Source: Phoronis australis
Taxonomy: Eukaryota > Animalia > Phoronida
Direction: 5' to 3'
NCBI GenBank assembly: GCA_002633005.1
Contig: NMRA01000030.1
Location: forward strand, 197,174-261,173
Length of the DNA: 64,000 bases
Made by a program: the position numbers and the translations under genes. Below are positions 39,572 through 51,716 of the stretch, in pieces. The notes beneath the pieces were generated by a model. The model did not search any database. It saw nothing but the letters and a program-made list of their open reading frames with translations, and had not been told where the DNA came from. Every line of letters starts with the position of its first letter. The stretch's first letter is position 1.

Positions 39572-39863
39572 CAGTGGCGGATCTCCGGGGATCAAGGGAT
39601 GTAAGCACCTATCGGGAGACGCGAATGAAATCAGGGGCGGATCCAGGATTTTGAGTTAAGGGGGCCAGGGCACAGGAATAACCAGAGTTTCGCTACACGC
39701 GCGCGCCCAGCCTAAAATGTAGGGGTGCATGCAGGGTCTCCAATTTTTTGGGTTTGCCAACCTTATTACTAANCCGCCACTGGAAATAAAATAAAAAACG
39801 ATCCTGGCACAACTCTGGTGCACTAAAGCCTCATTTGTCACTGAAATCCTATATCCGCCCCAG
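39572..39863. mobile_element. Nested MITEs (inner 39632-39782)
   Basis: Inner CAGGGGCGGATCC...CCGCCACTG with GAAAT on both sides; outer ends CAGTGGCGGATC / ATCCGCCCCAG. Confidence 0.75.
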
Positions 39864-40969
39864 GGTCATGAGATTGATCCGTGTTTTGACAAACATGCGT
39901 TCTCAAGACATATAGTAATTTTCTCGATGCCAATGAAGAAAATGAATTAAATTAGGTGCTGAAATGCGTGTGTCTCCAATGACGCTCGTCTTAGCTAATA
40001 AGTGTTATGTAAATACTAGGCATTAGCGAATACAAAGGTAACGCTTTTCCCCTCTCTATAGTTGTAAAGACAGATTCCAATACTTTCTCATAGAGTAAGT
40101 TTGAGTTTGCGAAATCGAATTGATGATATTGATTTGAAAAGAATCCGTTTTGAATAAAACGACACAGCTACAGAAGCATGTTTATAGGAACCTATGTGTA
40201 ATACTGCAACAAATCAATATGACATAGTCAGTTTGTTAACACTTGGTCTGTGTCTATAGCCATGTCATTTAAACACTGAACCCGGGGAGGAAATATTGTC
40301 ACAGTTGTGGCAAGAAAACTTCGGCCATAACCATTCTTATCATTATTGTCCTATTAATTTCCAGTTATAAAGATACATGTACGCAGCTACAACTAATAAA
40401 AAACAAAATATGCATAATCGCCTTAATAGATTTAACGACAATAAATCAACATTTCGGACATATTGTACAAAAGTACAAAACAACCCCTCCACCTGTTACG
40501 CTTGCAACAGGTTCGACAGTTAATCAATCAAAATGAACTTTTTGTTGTTTTTCTAAACACCGAAATTGATCATCCACACTGTTCTGTAATTGGATTCATT
40601 TTAATTGGTAGGAAAACCTCAAGGGTCTAACCTTCCCTTAAAGCAATTTATCATTTGCGCAAAAGTAAAGTGGGACGGGTGTGCATGCTTTTTAAAGTTG
40701 ACAAAATTTGTGATTTTTCCCAAGTGGTGTAAAGTCCGTTGTTTTCTGTAAAATAACATTTGCAAGTAACTTGTTTCACGGCATACTACTTAAATCTTAT
40801 GAAAGTTACATTAATTAGTTTGAACTTATTTGTTTTGTGGGTCTAACGTTGCCAACGAACACAAACACATGGACAAGCTCCTGACGGGTGACCGAGATGA
40901 TTACTACGTAGGATAAAAAATGATGACGATGATGATGAACGATACGTCGTAGGATAAAAGAGATGGCGG

Positions 40970-41303
40970 AATCGTGTACCCCTACTTGCATATCAAACTT
41001 CCCAGTAAATCGTGTAGCCCTACCTGTCCATCAAACTTCAGAGTAAATCGTGTATCCCTACCTGTATATCAAACTTCAGAGTAAATCGTGTAGCCCTACC
41101 TGTATATCAAACTTCAGAGTAAATCGTGTAGCCCTGTATATCAATCTTCAGGGTAAACCATGTAGCCCTATCTGTATATCAAACTTCAGAGAAAATCGTG
41201 TAGCCCTTCCTGTATTTCAAACTTCAGAGTAAACCGTGTAACCCTTACATACGTCAGAGTAAGTAGTGTAACCCTACATGTACCTGAATATCAAACTTCA
41301 GAG
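40970..41303. repeat. 38-bp minisatellite (~8 units)
   Basis: Unit ATCGTGTAGCCCTACCTGTATATCAAACTTCAGAGTAA; unit starts at 41009, 41047, 41085. Confidence 0.93.
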
Positions 41304-41646
41304 ACATCTTTTAAAGGAACACTCATATGTAAGCTATTTGAAAACAGCCGTCACAGTGCCATCTGGAGCCTGACGTCAACAGAAAACATTCCTCTAGTTA
41401 CTGACGTGTCTTGTATTAAGCGACAATTTCTTCCTATTAGTCGGACAAGGAAGTGGTTTCCATGGTGCGAACAAAGTTTTAAACAAACATGAATACAGTG
41501 AGCCATACTTAGCTATTTTGCCACCCAAACATTGCCCCTCCCCACCCTCCCCCCTCCCCCNTACCATAATAAAGCTGCAAGATTATCTTTTAGTTGTCAC
41601 AATTCATACCACTCTGTCTTATAACTTCAAGAAAATCCTCAACCTG

Positions 41647-42047
41647 GGCCCGGTCTCCAATCTTTTTACTCGAAATGGAACTCGAAATAAGGTTTGGCAT
41701 TTTCTACTCTACTTTTGGGCGAACTCAAGATAAGTGTCTATTATTCTATGCTCGAGTACACAATAACTTACATAGATAATTTGTTGCCCATAGTTCACAG
41801 TTTGTAAACCCAATATTAAAGCAATAAGTTCGAGTTTGAACTCGAAATTTCGAGTTTTTACTCGAGTTTGTAGCACAAACATAAGGGTCTTCAAGGGCAA
41901 ACTTGAACTAGAAACTCCTATGCATAAACTACAATGTATTCAAGCACAGTCTGATAACCAATTATCTTAAGTTCGCTCAAAAGGAGCAGAGAAATTGCCA
42001 AAAATAGTTTCGAGTTCGTTTCGAGTACAAAGATTAGAGACCGGGCC
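41647..42047. mobile_element. PIF/Harbinger-like MITE
   Basis: ~40-bp TIRs GGCCCGGTCTCCAATCTTTTTACTCGAAA... / ...TTTCGAGTACAAAGATTAGAGACCGGGCC; CTG on both flanks. Confidence 0.85.
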
Positions 42048-42812
42048 CTGAGCTTACGTGCATTTTACTTTGCGCAATATTGCCTCTACCTAAAGAGGTC
42101 GTGTCTCCGTGAAAACCACACAATAAAGGTACCTAACTGTCGTACAAATGGCACGTCCAATTTATTTTATTAAAATTGAAATATTATGTCAAACAATTGT
42201 TCAATAATGTCAGCATGACACATATTGACCGATTAACATTTGCAAACAAAATGAAAATACGTGGAATTAATAAAACATTGGAAACACTGGGTCAACAAAT
42301 TTTTTGGGTAACTCATTTTCTTTTAATTTTCTGAACTTAAAATTGTTATCATGTTGTGCCGTTTCACTATACTCCATGACTTCTTTTGCAGGCCCTCTCA
42401 TTGGCTATTCGTGACATAGGTCATGCGGAATGACTTTGTCGTGGGTAGCGTCGGTTTTTAATATCAGTTGCTCATATTAGTTTCATTCATTGTTAACACC
42501 AGTAGATATTTACTCTTCTGTTTCTTTGACCCATGGCCGCTAGCACCCACATTTCCTGTATTTTTACTATGATTCTACTTCATGTTTTGTTGATTTTAGC
42601 CTTGTCTATGCCTTTTTACCCGTTAGATGGCGGGACAATTGTTCTATGACCTTTTTTCCAGAGACTTTATTCTGCATTATTTCCATTGTTAATTCATTCT
42701 AAATTACCATTTTCGCCAGCCTATCTCAGCTTTTAATCTCTGCAAACGGAGCATCGATGACGGTCTACGTTCATCACGTGACTGACATGTGCCGACGGAT
42801 CCCAAACAACAT

Positions 42813-42958
42813 CCTCCCGTTCAGTAACGCTATGACTTCGCTAAAAAGACTTCGCTAGTTTATGTGAGATATTGCCGTGTATTTTAAATGAGAACACGGG
42901 ACTTTGGCTAGATATTAGCTAGGTCCTAGCGTATGTCCTAGCGTTGCTGGACGCACCC
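42813..42958. mobile_element. Partial copy of the GGGTGCGTTCAGTA MITE family
   Basis: Reverse complement of ~48353-48503 (e.g. GAGATATTGCCGTGTATTTTAAATGAGAACACG). Confidence 0.7.
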
Positions 42959-43228
42959 AGTTCTTAAACCCGGAAGTCGTCACGCTTTGGGCACGGCAGT
43001 TAAGTTGCACAATGCAAACACTGTGTGTCTGACCAGCAGAATAGATGATGTGTAAGTTTAATTACCGGTTTCTGGCATCAATGCTCAGTCATTCAAATGG
43101 TAAATTACTGCGTACCGGTGCTATGACTTAAATCAGCTGGCCTCTCGACCATGATATCAGTACGGAAAAGAGAGAGAGCGAACACTACATATCGGAACCG
43201 GATGATTTTTTCGAAATTTGCACATTAA

Positions 43229-44104
43229 TGGCAAAGGCAACCCTTTTTCATGTCATTTTTTAGAAAAAAAATTAAGGTTCGTTGATTATCCCAGACATAT
43301 TTTTCATTTAGCTATAGGTTTTTGTAATTTAAACAATTACTCGTCCTTTACTCCGGAGGTGACGTTTCTTTTCATGTAGTCTGTACTTTGAGAGCTGCCG
43401 AGTCAGTCATTATTCTACCTCTGTTGTGATTAGTTCGTTGTCGTTTGGGTTTGCGTTTGTTTACGAGTCTGTCGACATGTCACACTGTTGCTGCGTACCG
43501 AGATGTACTCATTATCGTCTCACGGAGGAACGATTGTCCCACTTGCCCGAGTGTACCGCGACACACTCCCAGTGGATGGTGACCTGAGCACACAAGCTGC
43601 TTACATCCCGCCGTGTGACTCCTTCACCAAACACCTGGCACCTTCTAAATAGCTCCAATATTTTAGACAAGTGCTCAATAAACTTATCAAAGTTTGGCTC
43701 TCTGATCTATTCATTGGACGACGAACTGTCCTCTTCACTGGGTGTCGAACGGGGCCTGTATTCACTCCCTCTACTCAACATCGCAGCAGGGCGTCAGGCT
43801 CTGGGCGATGAGTACATCCCGGTATGCAGCAACAGTGTGGCATGTTGACTGACTCGTAAACAAAAGCAAACGACGACCGAACTTGTCACAGCCGAGGTAT
43901 AGAAATGACTCGACAGATCTCACAGTCGCACTACATGAAAAGAAATTGGCGCGAAATTCTTGCCTCCCAAAACGTCACTTCCGGAGTAAAAGACGAATAA
44001 TTAATTAAATTACGAAAAGCTGTCAATAAGTCAAAAATATGTCTGGGATAATCAAAGAACCTTATTTTTGCTAAAAATGACACGAATAAAGGTTGCCCTT
44101 CCCT
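43229..44104. mobile_element. Independent insertion of the same Kolobok-derived family, inverted, in eag intron 1
   Basis: TTAA flanks at 43225-43228 and 44105-44108; same long TIRs; core is the reverse complement of the 16816 copy. Confidence 0.85.
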
Positions 44105-46382
44105 TTAATTGGGTCACACTGCCTTTTTGATGAATTGCAATATTTACTAAAATCATTTGTATAGATACCGTACAAAATGCTTTCTATAATTAATCGAGTA
44201 CACTCAAACTGATCAAAGGCTCTTTCAGAAAGGTAACGTTACCCTTTAATTGCCCATTGTTTGTCATGTAACGTAGACGACGACGAGGTGTAGTGACAGA
44301 AGAGAAAAAGATAAGTGAATGATACTCCAACTGAAGTAATTCTGATGAGATTAACAGCCATATACTACTGATTAATATCGTGGAAAGCACGCGCTCTTAC
44401 TACGATACAGTGAGGCTGATGACAGGGCATTTTGGTATCGATTTCATTTCCAAGTAAATTGTCGTGTCGTATAGTTTCCGGTGTGTTATTTCAGGTATCG
44501 AACGAAAGTGCTTGTATATGTAAACATCAGCGTTCCTATATTAACAGTAAACTATTCAAATAAAGTAAGCACCTTTTGATCAGTATGCAATAAAACATTT
44601 AAATAAAACAAGAACCGTTTTGATCAGTTTCTTGTGCACTACATAATTGTAGTATCGATCACCTATGTTAGGATTCATAGTTAACGCGTTGGTTACGAAA
44701 CCTTACTGGTTTGTGCTCATTGCCGTGTTAAGATCATTCAAGGCAGTTTTATTTTCATATAATCTCATCATTTGTACATTGCTATGCTTTGAGGTGATGA
44801 TTCAAAATGAAATCAATATGATGTCGCCGGGTTGGATTGACGGTGGCGGCTGAAGTGGCGGCGGTTGTGATGGTGGTGATGGTATCAGGATTCACTGCAT
44901 GCATAGGTTACTGGAACTGACTCCCATATTGTGATCATGTGACTATATAGTGGTCCATTTGTCCAAAGTCTTGAGATTTTAATTTCATTTCTGAAACTTT
45001 TTGTTAGCAAAGCTAACTAGAAAATGAATGCCAATAAAAACATAGTCTTCACTACATTCGAATATTCCGGCAATAGACTCCTCATGGTGTTGAGAGTACA
45101 GGAACATATTCAGTATACACAACGGATGCTTTCCTTAAATGGAAGACACTTGCGATCGGGACACTTGAGAAGAGAAATCTTCGCTCATAGAATAGGAACT
45201 GTGCATTTTCTATCGTAATTCAACACCTCAGCCTCGTTGTCTAACACTCCTAAATTCAGTTGGACCGTCATGCCGTGTGTTAGTGAGGTCCCTATTTTAC
45301 TTCAGAACACTCGCTTTTCGCTCGCGTGATCTTGGATATCTCATTTTTTCCTGCAAGAAACTTGCTTTACTGATCTTTCCCCGGGTACTCGCGTGTGAAA
45401 GGTAGTGAGACCGGGAGCTTTCCAGGCACTTCTATTGCTTAACGATATCCCGCGAAGACTTGCGAGACCTTAGTGGTGCCTGGACATCTAAGATAACCGG
45501 AAGTTGGCTCATACGAAAACCGATCATCTTGCTCGAAATTGTATAGTTAATTGTTCTGTGTTCCAGTCGGCATTTTGGAGTAGACTGACACATCAGCCTC
45601 CAGTCTATAAGTAGGCTATAATGTGGGCGAAAAATGTCGAGTCTTGTTAATAATTAATTGTAATAACCTAGTAAATAATTGTTATATATAGTGCGACAAT
45701 TATGCTACTGCAAGTATTTTAACACATACTTAACATCGTAATATCCAATCTGCTTGAGGCTTTAAGCGACCTTTGGGTTCCTTAGCGACCTGTGGGTTCC
45801 TTAGCGACAAGTGGGTTCNTCACAGATCGTTGTTGGTAATATGTTCATGAAGCTATCAAGCTGTATTGGACATTCTGTTCCGGCCAAGGCAAACTTAAAA
45901 ATTCGATCGATATAACTTCACTTCTGTGCAAAATGAGTTGTGCTTACCAGACTAATAAAATCCATAAGTTTTATGTAAATTGTACAATGTATACGAGATT
46001 TCATAGTAACAGCCATTACGACTTTGCACACAGCGATGATATAGTCTTTAAATTCGACGTATTCGGTTGTTCTAAATTTGTAGGTAGGTTAATCGAATTG
46101 TGTTGTCTTGTACTGGTATAAAGATCGCGATATAAAGAGAGAGTTGCTTCTTATCAGATATTCATAAATTGTTGACGAGAACCTGCGGTATCTTCTGATC
46201 AGTGAAGAAAGTACTCGTTAGACAGACCGTAAATTATGTAGCAAGTTGTTTAAATAATATCTGTGGCCAATACTACAAAAGGACATCTGTTAGCGAAAAT
46301 TTCTTAGTTGTCATTCAACGCTGTTTTTACACTGCACCACATTTACACGCCGAGCTTCAGAATAAACAACACGTTTACTTAC

Positions 46383-46461
46383 GTTGTCCGTTAGAACGCC
46401 GGATGATATTTTCCAGGAATGTGTTTTGTGGAGCCACTAAACCTCGTTTGGTGCCAGACAT
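46383..46461 (-). CDS. eag: EAG K+ channel coding exon 1 (PAS-cap; start codon)
   Basis: Manual translation [26 protein letters not shown] is the hallmark EAG N-terminus. AAAATG start context, donor GTAAGT, 79 nt, phase 1. Not captured by the ORF track. Confidence 0.96.
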
Positions 46462-46745
46462 TTTATCACAGTGAGATAATCCAACAGAACCTAAAAATGT
46501 ACACCTTTAAAACGTGACAAACATGCGCAACAGCCTCCTGAACAAGTAATCCAACAAATCCATGGTTACGATTTCATCCAGTTTGCTCCGAAATAAATAG
46601 TTTTTTTTCGACAATTTCCATCCGCATACAGCATCATTAAAATATCAGTCACAAGCACAGCTCACTGTGTCGCCTAGGTATGAATGACAGCACGATAGAA
46701 CTTCGATAGCCGCGAGATGAATTATTAATAATTAAACAGACTTAC

Positions 46746-46757
46746 GGCGCATGCGCC
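46746..46757. promoter_or_regulatory. NRF1/EWG-type palindrome upstream of the eag start codon
   Basis: GGCGCATGCGCC contains the GCGCATGCGC core, ~290 bp upstream of the ATG. Motif match only. Confidence 0.35.
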
Positions 46758-47502
46758 ACTAATTACGTTACTTGATATTTGAGTCGGTTGGCAACACAGT
46801 CTACAAATTCGATCTCTTGAGATTTGGTGTTAGTTTCGACACAATTCATACAGGTTAGGTGAATATATAAGAGGGTCTTTGTGCTCGCTCATATTCCATT
46901 TGCTTTTGGCGAAAAGTCTTTGGTATTATAACACGTTTTTCCTTTGATAAATATTAGAAACGAACTTTCAAAAGCGCTGTCGTCCCACTTTTTATTGAAA
47001 TGTGAAATAGTTTAAAAGCAGTATAAAATAAATGAAGACGAATGTCAACATGAAATTGTAATAAATAACTTTGTTGTATAAACTTTCGTTTTTTCATGTT
47101 TTATCTAGTTTTTGTTCAGTTTTCTTCGTCGGTAACGGCAACGATTTCAACATATTTTTAACTTCATTTTAAAAACAAATCTTCATAGTTTTGAACAACA
47201 GTCTGCATATGTTATCTGTAGTTAGCTTAATTTGAATCCAATTAGCATCTTGTGAGATACGATGCTTTGTTATTAGATTAATGGGAGGTAAGTATACAGT
47301 AACCTTGATGAAGCGGCAACGGTGCGTGATTTTGATTCGAATATAACCCTACACCAACACAGCAATAGACGCTCTGTTCAAACCTTCGTTTGTGAAGCTG
47401 CACAAAATAACGACCAGAGAACCTTTTGTAATCACTGTCATGACATGATCAGATACAACAGTGCAGTACCAGCAACAGAGGGCGCCATTAGTTACGGAAC
47501 CA

Positions 47503-47620
47503 GGGCGCGTTCAGCAACATTAGGACCTACACAAGGGCCTTGTTAAAAAGCAAGACTTCGCGAGATTTTTTGAGATATTGCCGTATATTTTGAATGAGAA
47601 CACGTAATTTTGGCTAGATT
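47503..47620. mobile_element. Partial copy of the GGGTGCGTTCAGTA MITE family
   Basis: GGGCGCGTTCAGCA terminus plus the shared internal GAGATATTGCCGTATATTTTGAATGAGAACACG. Confidence 0.65.
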
Positions 47621-48352
47621 TTCAACCCGTTAGAAAACTAATGAACTCTTCCTAGATCAAACTCTTCCACAGTCTCGTATGTCGACACGTAATAGCGCCT
47701 CCTTTGGCACTCAATTTTTTTAGCCCCGGTTCAGTTTGCCTCCCCAATTTCATGAAAAATTGGCGCTTGCTGGGTTGGTTGGGCATTTCAAGTTCTGTGA
47801 TGCACGTGAACGTTACGAATAACATTTCCTCGGTTTTTTAATCTGTTTTGAGTGCAACATTGTCAGCTGTTGACCACTTGACCCGCTATTTGCTCAACTG
47901 TGGCTTTTCTTAAATCTTTACTGCTTGCAAGTGGGAAGATGAAATTTAATGGGAAATTCTGGTACCCTTCAGACTTCTTGGATTTGTGAAAAAAAATTGG
48001 CTGCGCGACATCCATTTTTCACTTGATATCTGGAATCTGGAGAGTTTTGGCGATCTGAATGCGCTGTTTCTCAGTTCTTGAATTTCATGCAAATAGTGGT
48101 TTTGGGGTGAAAAATGCTGATTCGGCATATTTTTGCTCGTTTTTTTAAGTAGCTGGCTGCAATTCAGGTAGTCGTAAAAAGTGGAAAATTGATTTTGGAA
48201 TCAGTTTCAATAGACTTTGTGCAAGGTTTTTGAAGCCTTTGGCCCATTGTACTCTTCAAATTTTAGTCAGGTTTTGTGCAATTATCCTGTGGAACAGACG
48301 CGACTGAGCTCGCGAAATATAGCCATGCCAGTAAACCTAGTGTGGTAACCTG

Positions 48353-48594
48353 GCGTGCGTTCAGTAAGGCTAGGACCTACGCTAGGACCTAGATAAAATC
48401 TAGTCAAAGTCACGTGTTCTAACTTAAAATACACGGCAATGTCTCACGTTATCTCGCGAAGTGTTGCGTTTTAGCGAGGTCCTAGCGCTACTGAACGGGA
48501 GGCTGCTTCACCCGGTAACATGGCGACATTCCTCTAAATCTTCCGTAATCTCGCGTTTTCTCGAATTACTTAATTGGGTCTACTGAACGCACCC
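48353..48594. mobile_element. Harbinger-like MITE (GGGTGCGTTCAGTA family)
   Basis: Ends GCGTGCGTTCAGTA / TACTGAACGCACCC; CWG trinucleotides on the flanks (CTG/CAG, not identical). Confidence 0.7.
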
Positions 48595-48663
48595 CAGGTA
48601 TACAGCCAGAAATCCAGTACCGTGAAATAGTCACGCTGTGCGCGTTTGTGTGTTTGTTAACTA

Positions 48664-48898
48664 GGGACTTAGTCCTTAAATTAGGGGCGGTGTTCGAAAA
48701 GCTCCCTATTGATCTTCAATACTATTGAGAATTCATGGAGTTTACTTTCGGTGTGTGTCATACCTAAAAATTGGCTTAGTAAAGAAGATTAAATACCATT
48801 CGAAAGAAAAATCAATATTTGCACAAGTTCACAAATGTGATGGGAAGTTACGGTACATTGTTGAGTCCCTATTTGGGAGAGTTTCATGCAATCGGGCA
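48664..48898. mobile_element. Right half of the MITE family seen at 134-494
   Basis: Ends CCTATTTGGGAGAGTTTCATGCAATCGGGCA followed by CAG; internal similarity to 330-450. Confidence 0.7.
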
Positions 48899-49737
48899 CA
48901 GATTCCTGAAAGAGACTGTAAGCTGATAGGTCACGTGTTCTTGTCCTTTTTTCGGTGTTTTTGCTTCTCCGAGGGAGACCTTTTTGCCCACCCAAATGGG
49001 GGGCTCGTTCGAATCCCCGAGTCCCACCCCCGTCGGTGCGTGCATGTTAGTCTTGTCTTGGTAGGTACATAAATATGCCCTTATTTACAAGTAACATTTG
49101 AAGTATGTACGTCGAAGCTACACTGGTGTCTCTGAGTATAAACGAGCTTATTCAAAATTAACGGAAAACAATCTAAGTGCGGTCGCCGCATTGGAGGTCG
49201 CTGCAAAGGCCTCTCCACCTGTCTGGTTTTGGTATAAATGGGCCTTTACTCACCCAAAAAGCTCATGGTTGGACTTACAAACACAATGTCGTGTGGCCGT
49301 TAGTGAGCCATGTTTGTAAGCCTCAATGAACTGAATTTATCGACCCGTGTAGGCCTACTAAGTTCGTAAGGCGCAATTTTTTAAGTGCGACAGGCGTGGT
49401 TGTCGTAGGCCTAAAGATGATTTGTTTAAACTTGGACGTCAATTCGAGACGATACGTCAATCATCTTCTCATATATTTCTCGCAACACCAGCATGTCCCT
49501 ATTAAAAATTCAAGTGCATGAGAGTCTCTTCCTGATAAACTACATAAGAGGTCAAGGTTGTCTCATCAGAGCCAAAAGAACAATTATGGTCGTCATCACC
49601 GTTATTGACAATATTTTTTCATGTTCTTGTGGTTATCTCTGTCCGTGTCATTGTTCCCGACACGGAAATCTTCGAAAATGATGCATGTCTTTTTCACTCA
49701 GATCATCACATTATTTCAAACCGTTAATCTAGTTCAA

Positions 49738-50108
49738 ACGTCATGTCATGCTGTTACTGGTTAGTTGGAGAAGCTGTGTAGTATGCTATGTTACGACTGG
49801 TTAGTTAGATGGACAAGTTGTGCGTCATGTCATGCTATGACTGGTTAGTTAGATGGACAAGTTGTGCGTCATGTCATGCTATGACTGAATAGTTAGATGT
49901 AGAAGTTGTGCGTCATGTCATGCTATGACTGAATAGTTAGATGTAGAAGTTGTGCGTCATGTCATGCTATGACTGATTAGTTAGATGTACAAGTTGTGCG
50001 TCATGTCATGCTATGACTGATTAGTTAGATGTACAAGTTGTGCGTCATGTCATGCTATGACTGATTAGTTTGATGTACAAGTTGTGCGTCACGCCATGCT
50101 ATGATTGA
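49738..50108. repeat. 44-bp minisatellite (~8 units)
   Basis: Unit TAGTTAGATGTACAAGTTGTGCGTCATGTCATGCTATGACTGAT; unit starts at 49802 and 49846. Confidence 0.95.
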
Positions 50109-51626
50109 TACAGATTGTGGTGACCATCTTACTAGATTTAGATTGCATTACAGCTTCACAAATATGAAGACTTCAACTTATGTAATTTTTTTCTGTCGAG
50201 TTCTCTGGATAAAATATCCAAGTGAAATTCTTAGACGCGTTTTGTAGCTACCTAAATTTCCGAAAATAGGCCCATCGGAGGATATTGGTAAGATGATGAT
50301 GCAGTTGTATCTCCCTAGTAAGAATTCTGTTCATGATCAGTATTTATGTCGCGCTATAAAACTATCCTTGATACTGTGCCAATGCGGTTAGTTACTCAAT
50401 ATCTCGTTAAATGATTGTCCTTTGAGTAAAAACGTGATCCCAAAATATAATGTCTTGCCAAAATAAACAAAATTTTACATCAAAACATATCCATGTGTTT
50501 TTTAAAACAACCCATCAGATTTTCAAAACATGCAAACAGTTATCGTAAATAAGCCCATGGGCTTACTTTTGGGTGGGCCTGTTTTCGGAAATTCCCGGTA
50601 GCGGTATAGATGCACAACTGGCAGATCTCAAATGAACTCTTTAATATCTGTAGAAGTTCCGACCATCTCTGAAAGTTACGATTTTATATCGTCAAATTTA
50701 TTGGTTGATAAGGAGCAACCCAGAGCACCCGGAGTGTGAGTGAATGACGTCGGTGTTTCTTTTGCATTAAATGGGGAAGGTAAATGCTATATTCTTTGCC
50801 ACTGATGTGTGAATGGGCGACTATTTGAAACATTTTTGCTGTGCACATGGAGCGTGCATATAGTCTACACTCACCAAGTATATTTATTGCGCTGTCATTG
50901 CTTAAATTTGCTGGACCCTTAGTTTATTACCAATTTTGATTTGTTTGGCATTGAAACTTGACAGGTTTTTAAGAGTTTTCAAAAAGTTTTGGATTTTCCA
51001 CAAATTCGGAAAGATATTTAATCATGTTTCACACATTTTGGAGACATTGATTAAATTTTCCCACGATTATTGTTAGAGATTGCAAGGACACGTTTTTGTT
51101 TGTTAGCAGGTAACTTTACAGAAAGCAACCTAATTCTTACCATGGGCGCATATCCTTACCACACACCGCAAAAATTCTAACCACGATTTACAAAAACCGT
51201 TGCTAAGGGTCCTGATCACAAACTATGTTCCGTTACTCACACTTCAGATATAAGTTAGGAAATGGAACGCTCAACGCGGTCACTTGCATTAAAAAGTGTC
51301 GGTGGTAAGCGGTGTCTTGGTGTGGTTGGTGTTCAGTTTCCGTGGAAAGGTTTCTGTGCGTGGTCGAAAATTAGTGGCAACTGGGGGGATGTATTGCAAC
51401 CGAGGAGGGTGCAAAAGTAATGGGTGGCAATTGGGGGGAGGCGAAATGCAGTGGCAACAACCGGAAATGGGAAATTGAAATTTGAAAATAAACTGACTGT
51501 GTTTCCTAAGAAATGCACAGCTTTCTTCCGTGTCTGCGATTCAGTCCTGGATGGTAAACACTAATGAAGACAGTACGGAACACCACAGAACCTTAGGCAT
51601 ACTATACAAGGGACCACACTTATATA

Positions 51627-51716
51627 TGTGTGTGTGTGTGTGTGCCTGCCTGCCTGCCTGCCCGCCCGCCCGCGGCTCGCCCGCCCGTCCGCCCGCCCGC
51701 CCGCCTGCCTGCTTGC
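51627..51716. repeat. Compound microsatellite (TG)n(GCCT)n(GCCC)n
   Basis: Read directly from the sequence. Confidence 0.95.

Noticed and set aside
40970-41303. CRISPR-like periodicity (also 49738-50108)
   Set aside because: Head-to-tail units without unique spacers, no cas genes, eukaryotic context.
7657-46461. Assignment as erg/seizure or elk rather than eag
   Set aside because: The N-terminus [50 protein letters not shown] and the C-terminal calmodulin segments are EAG-subfamily features.
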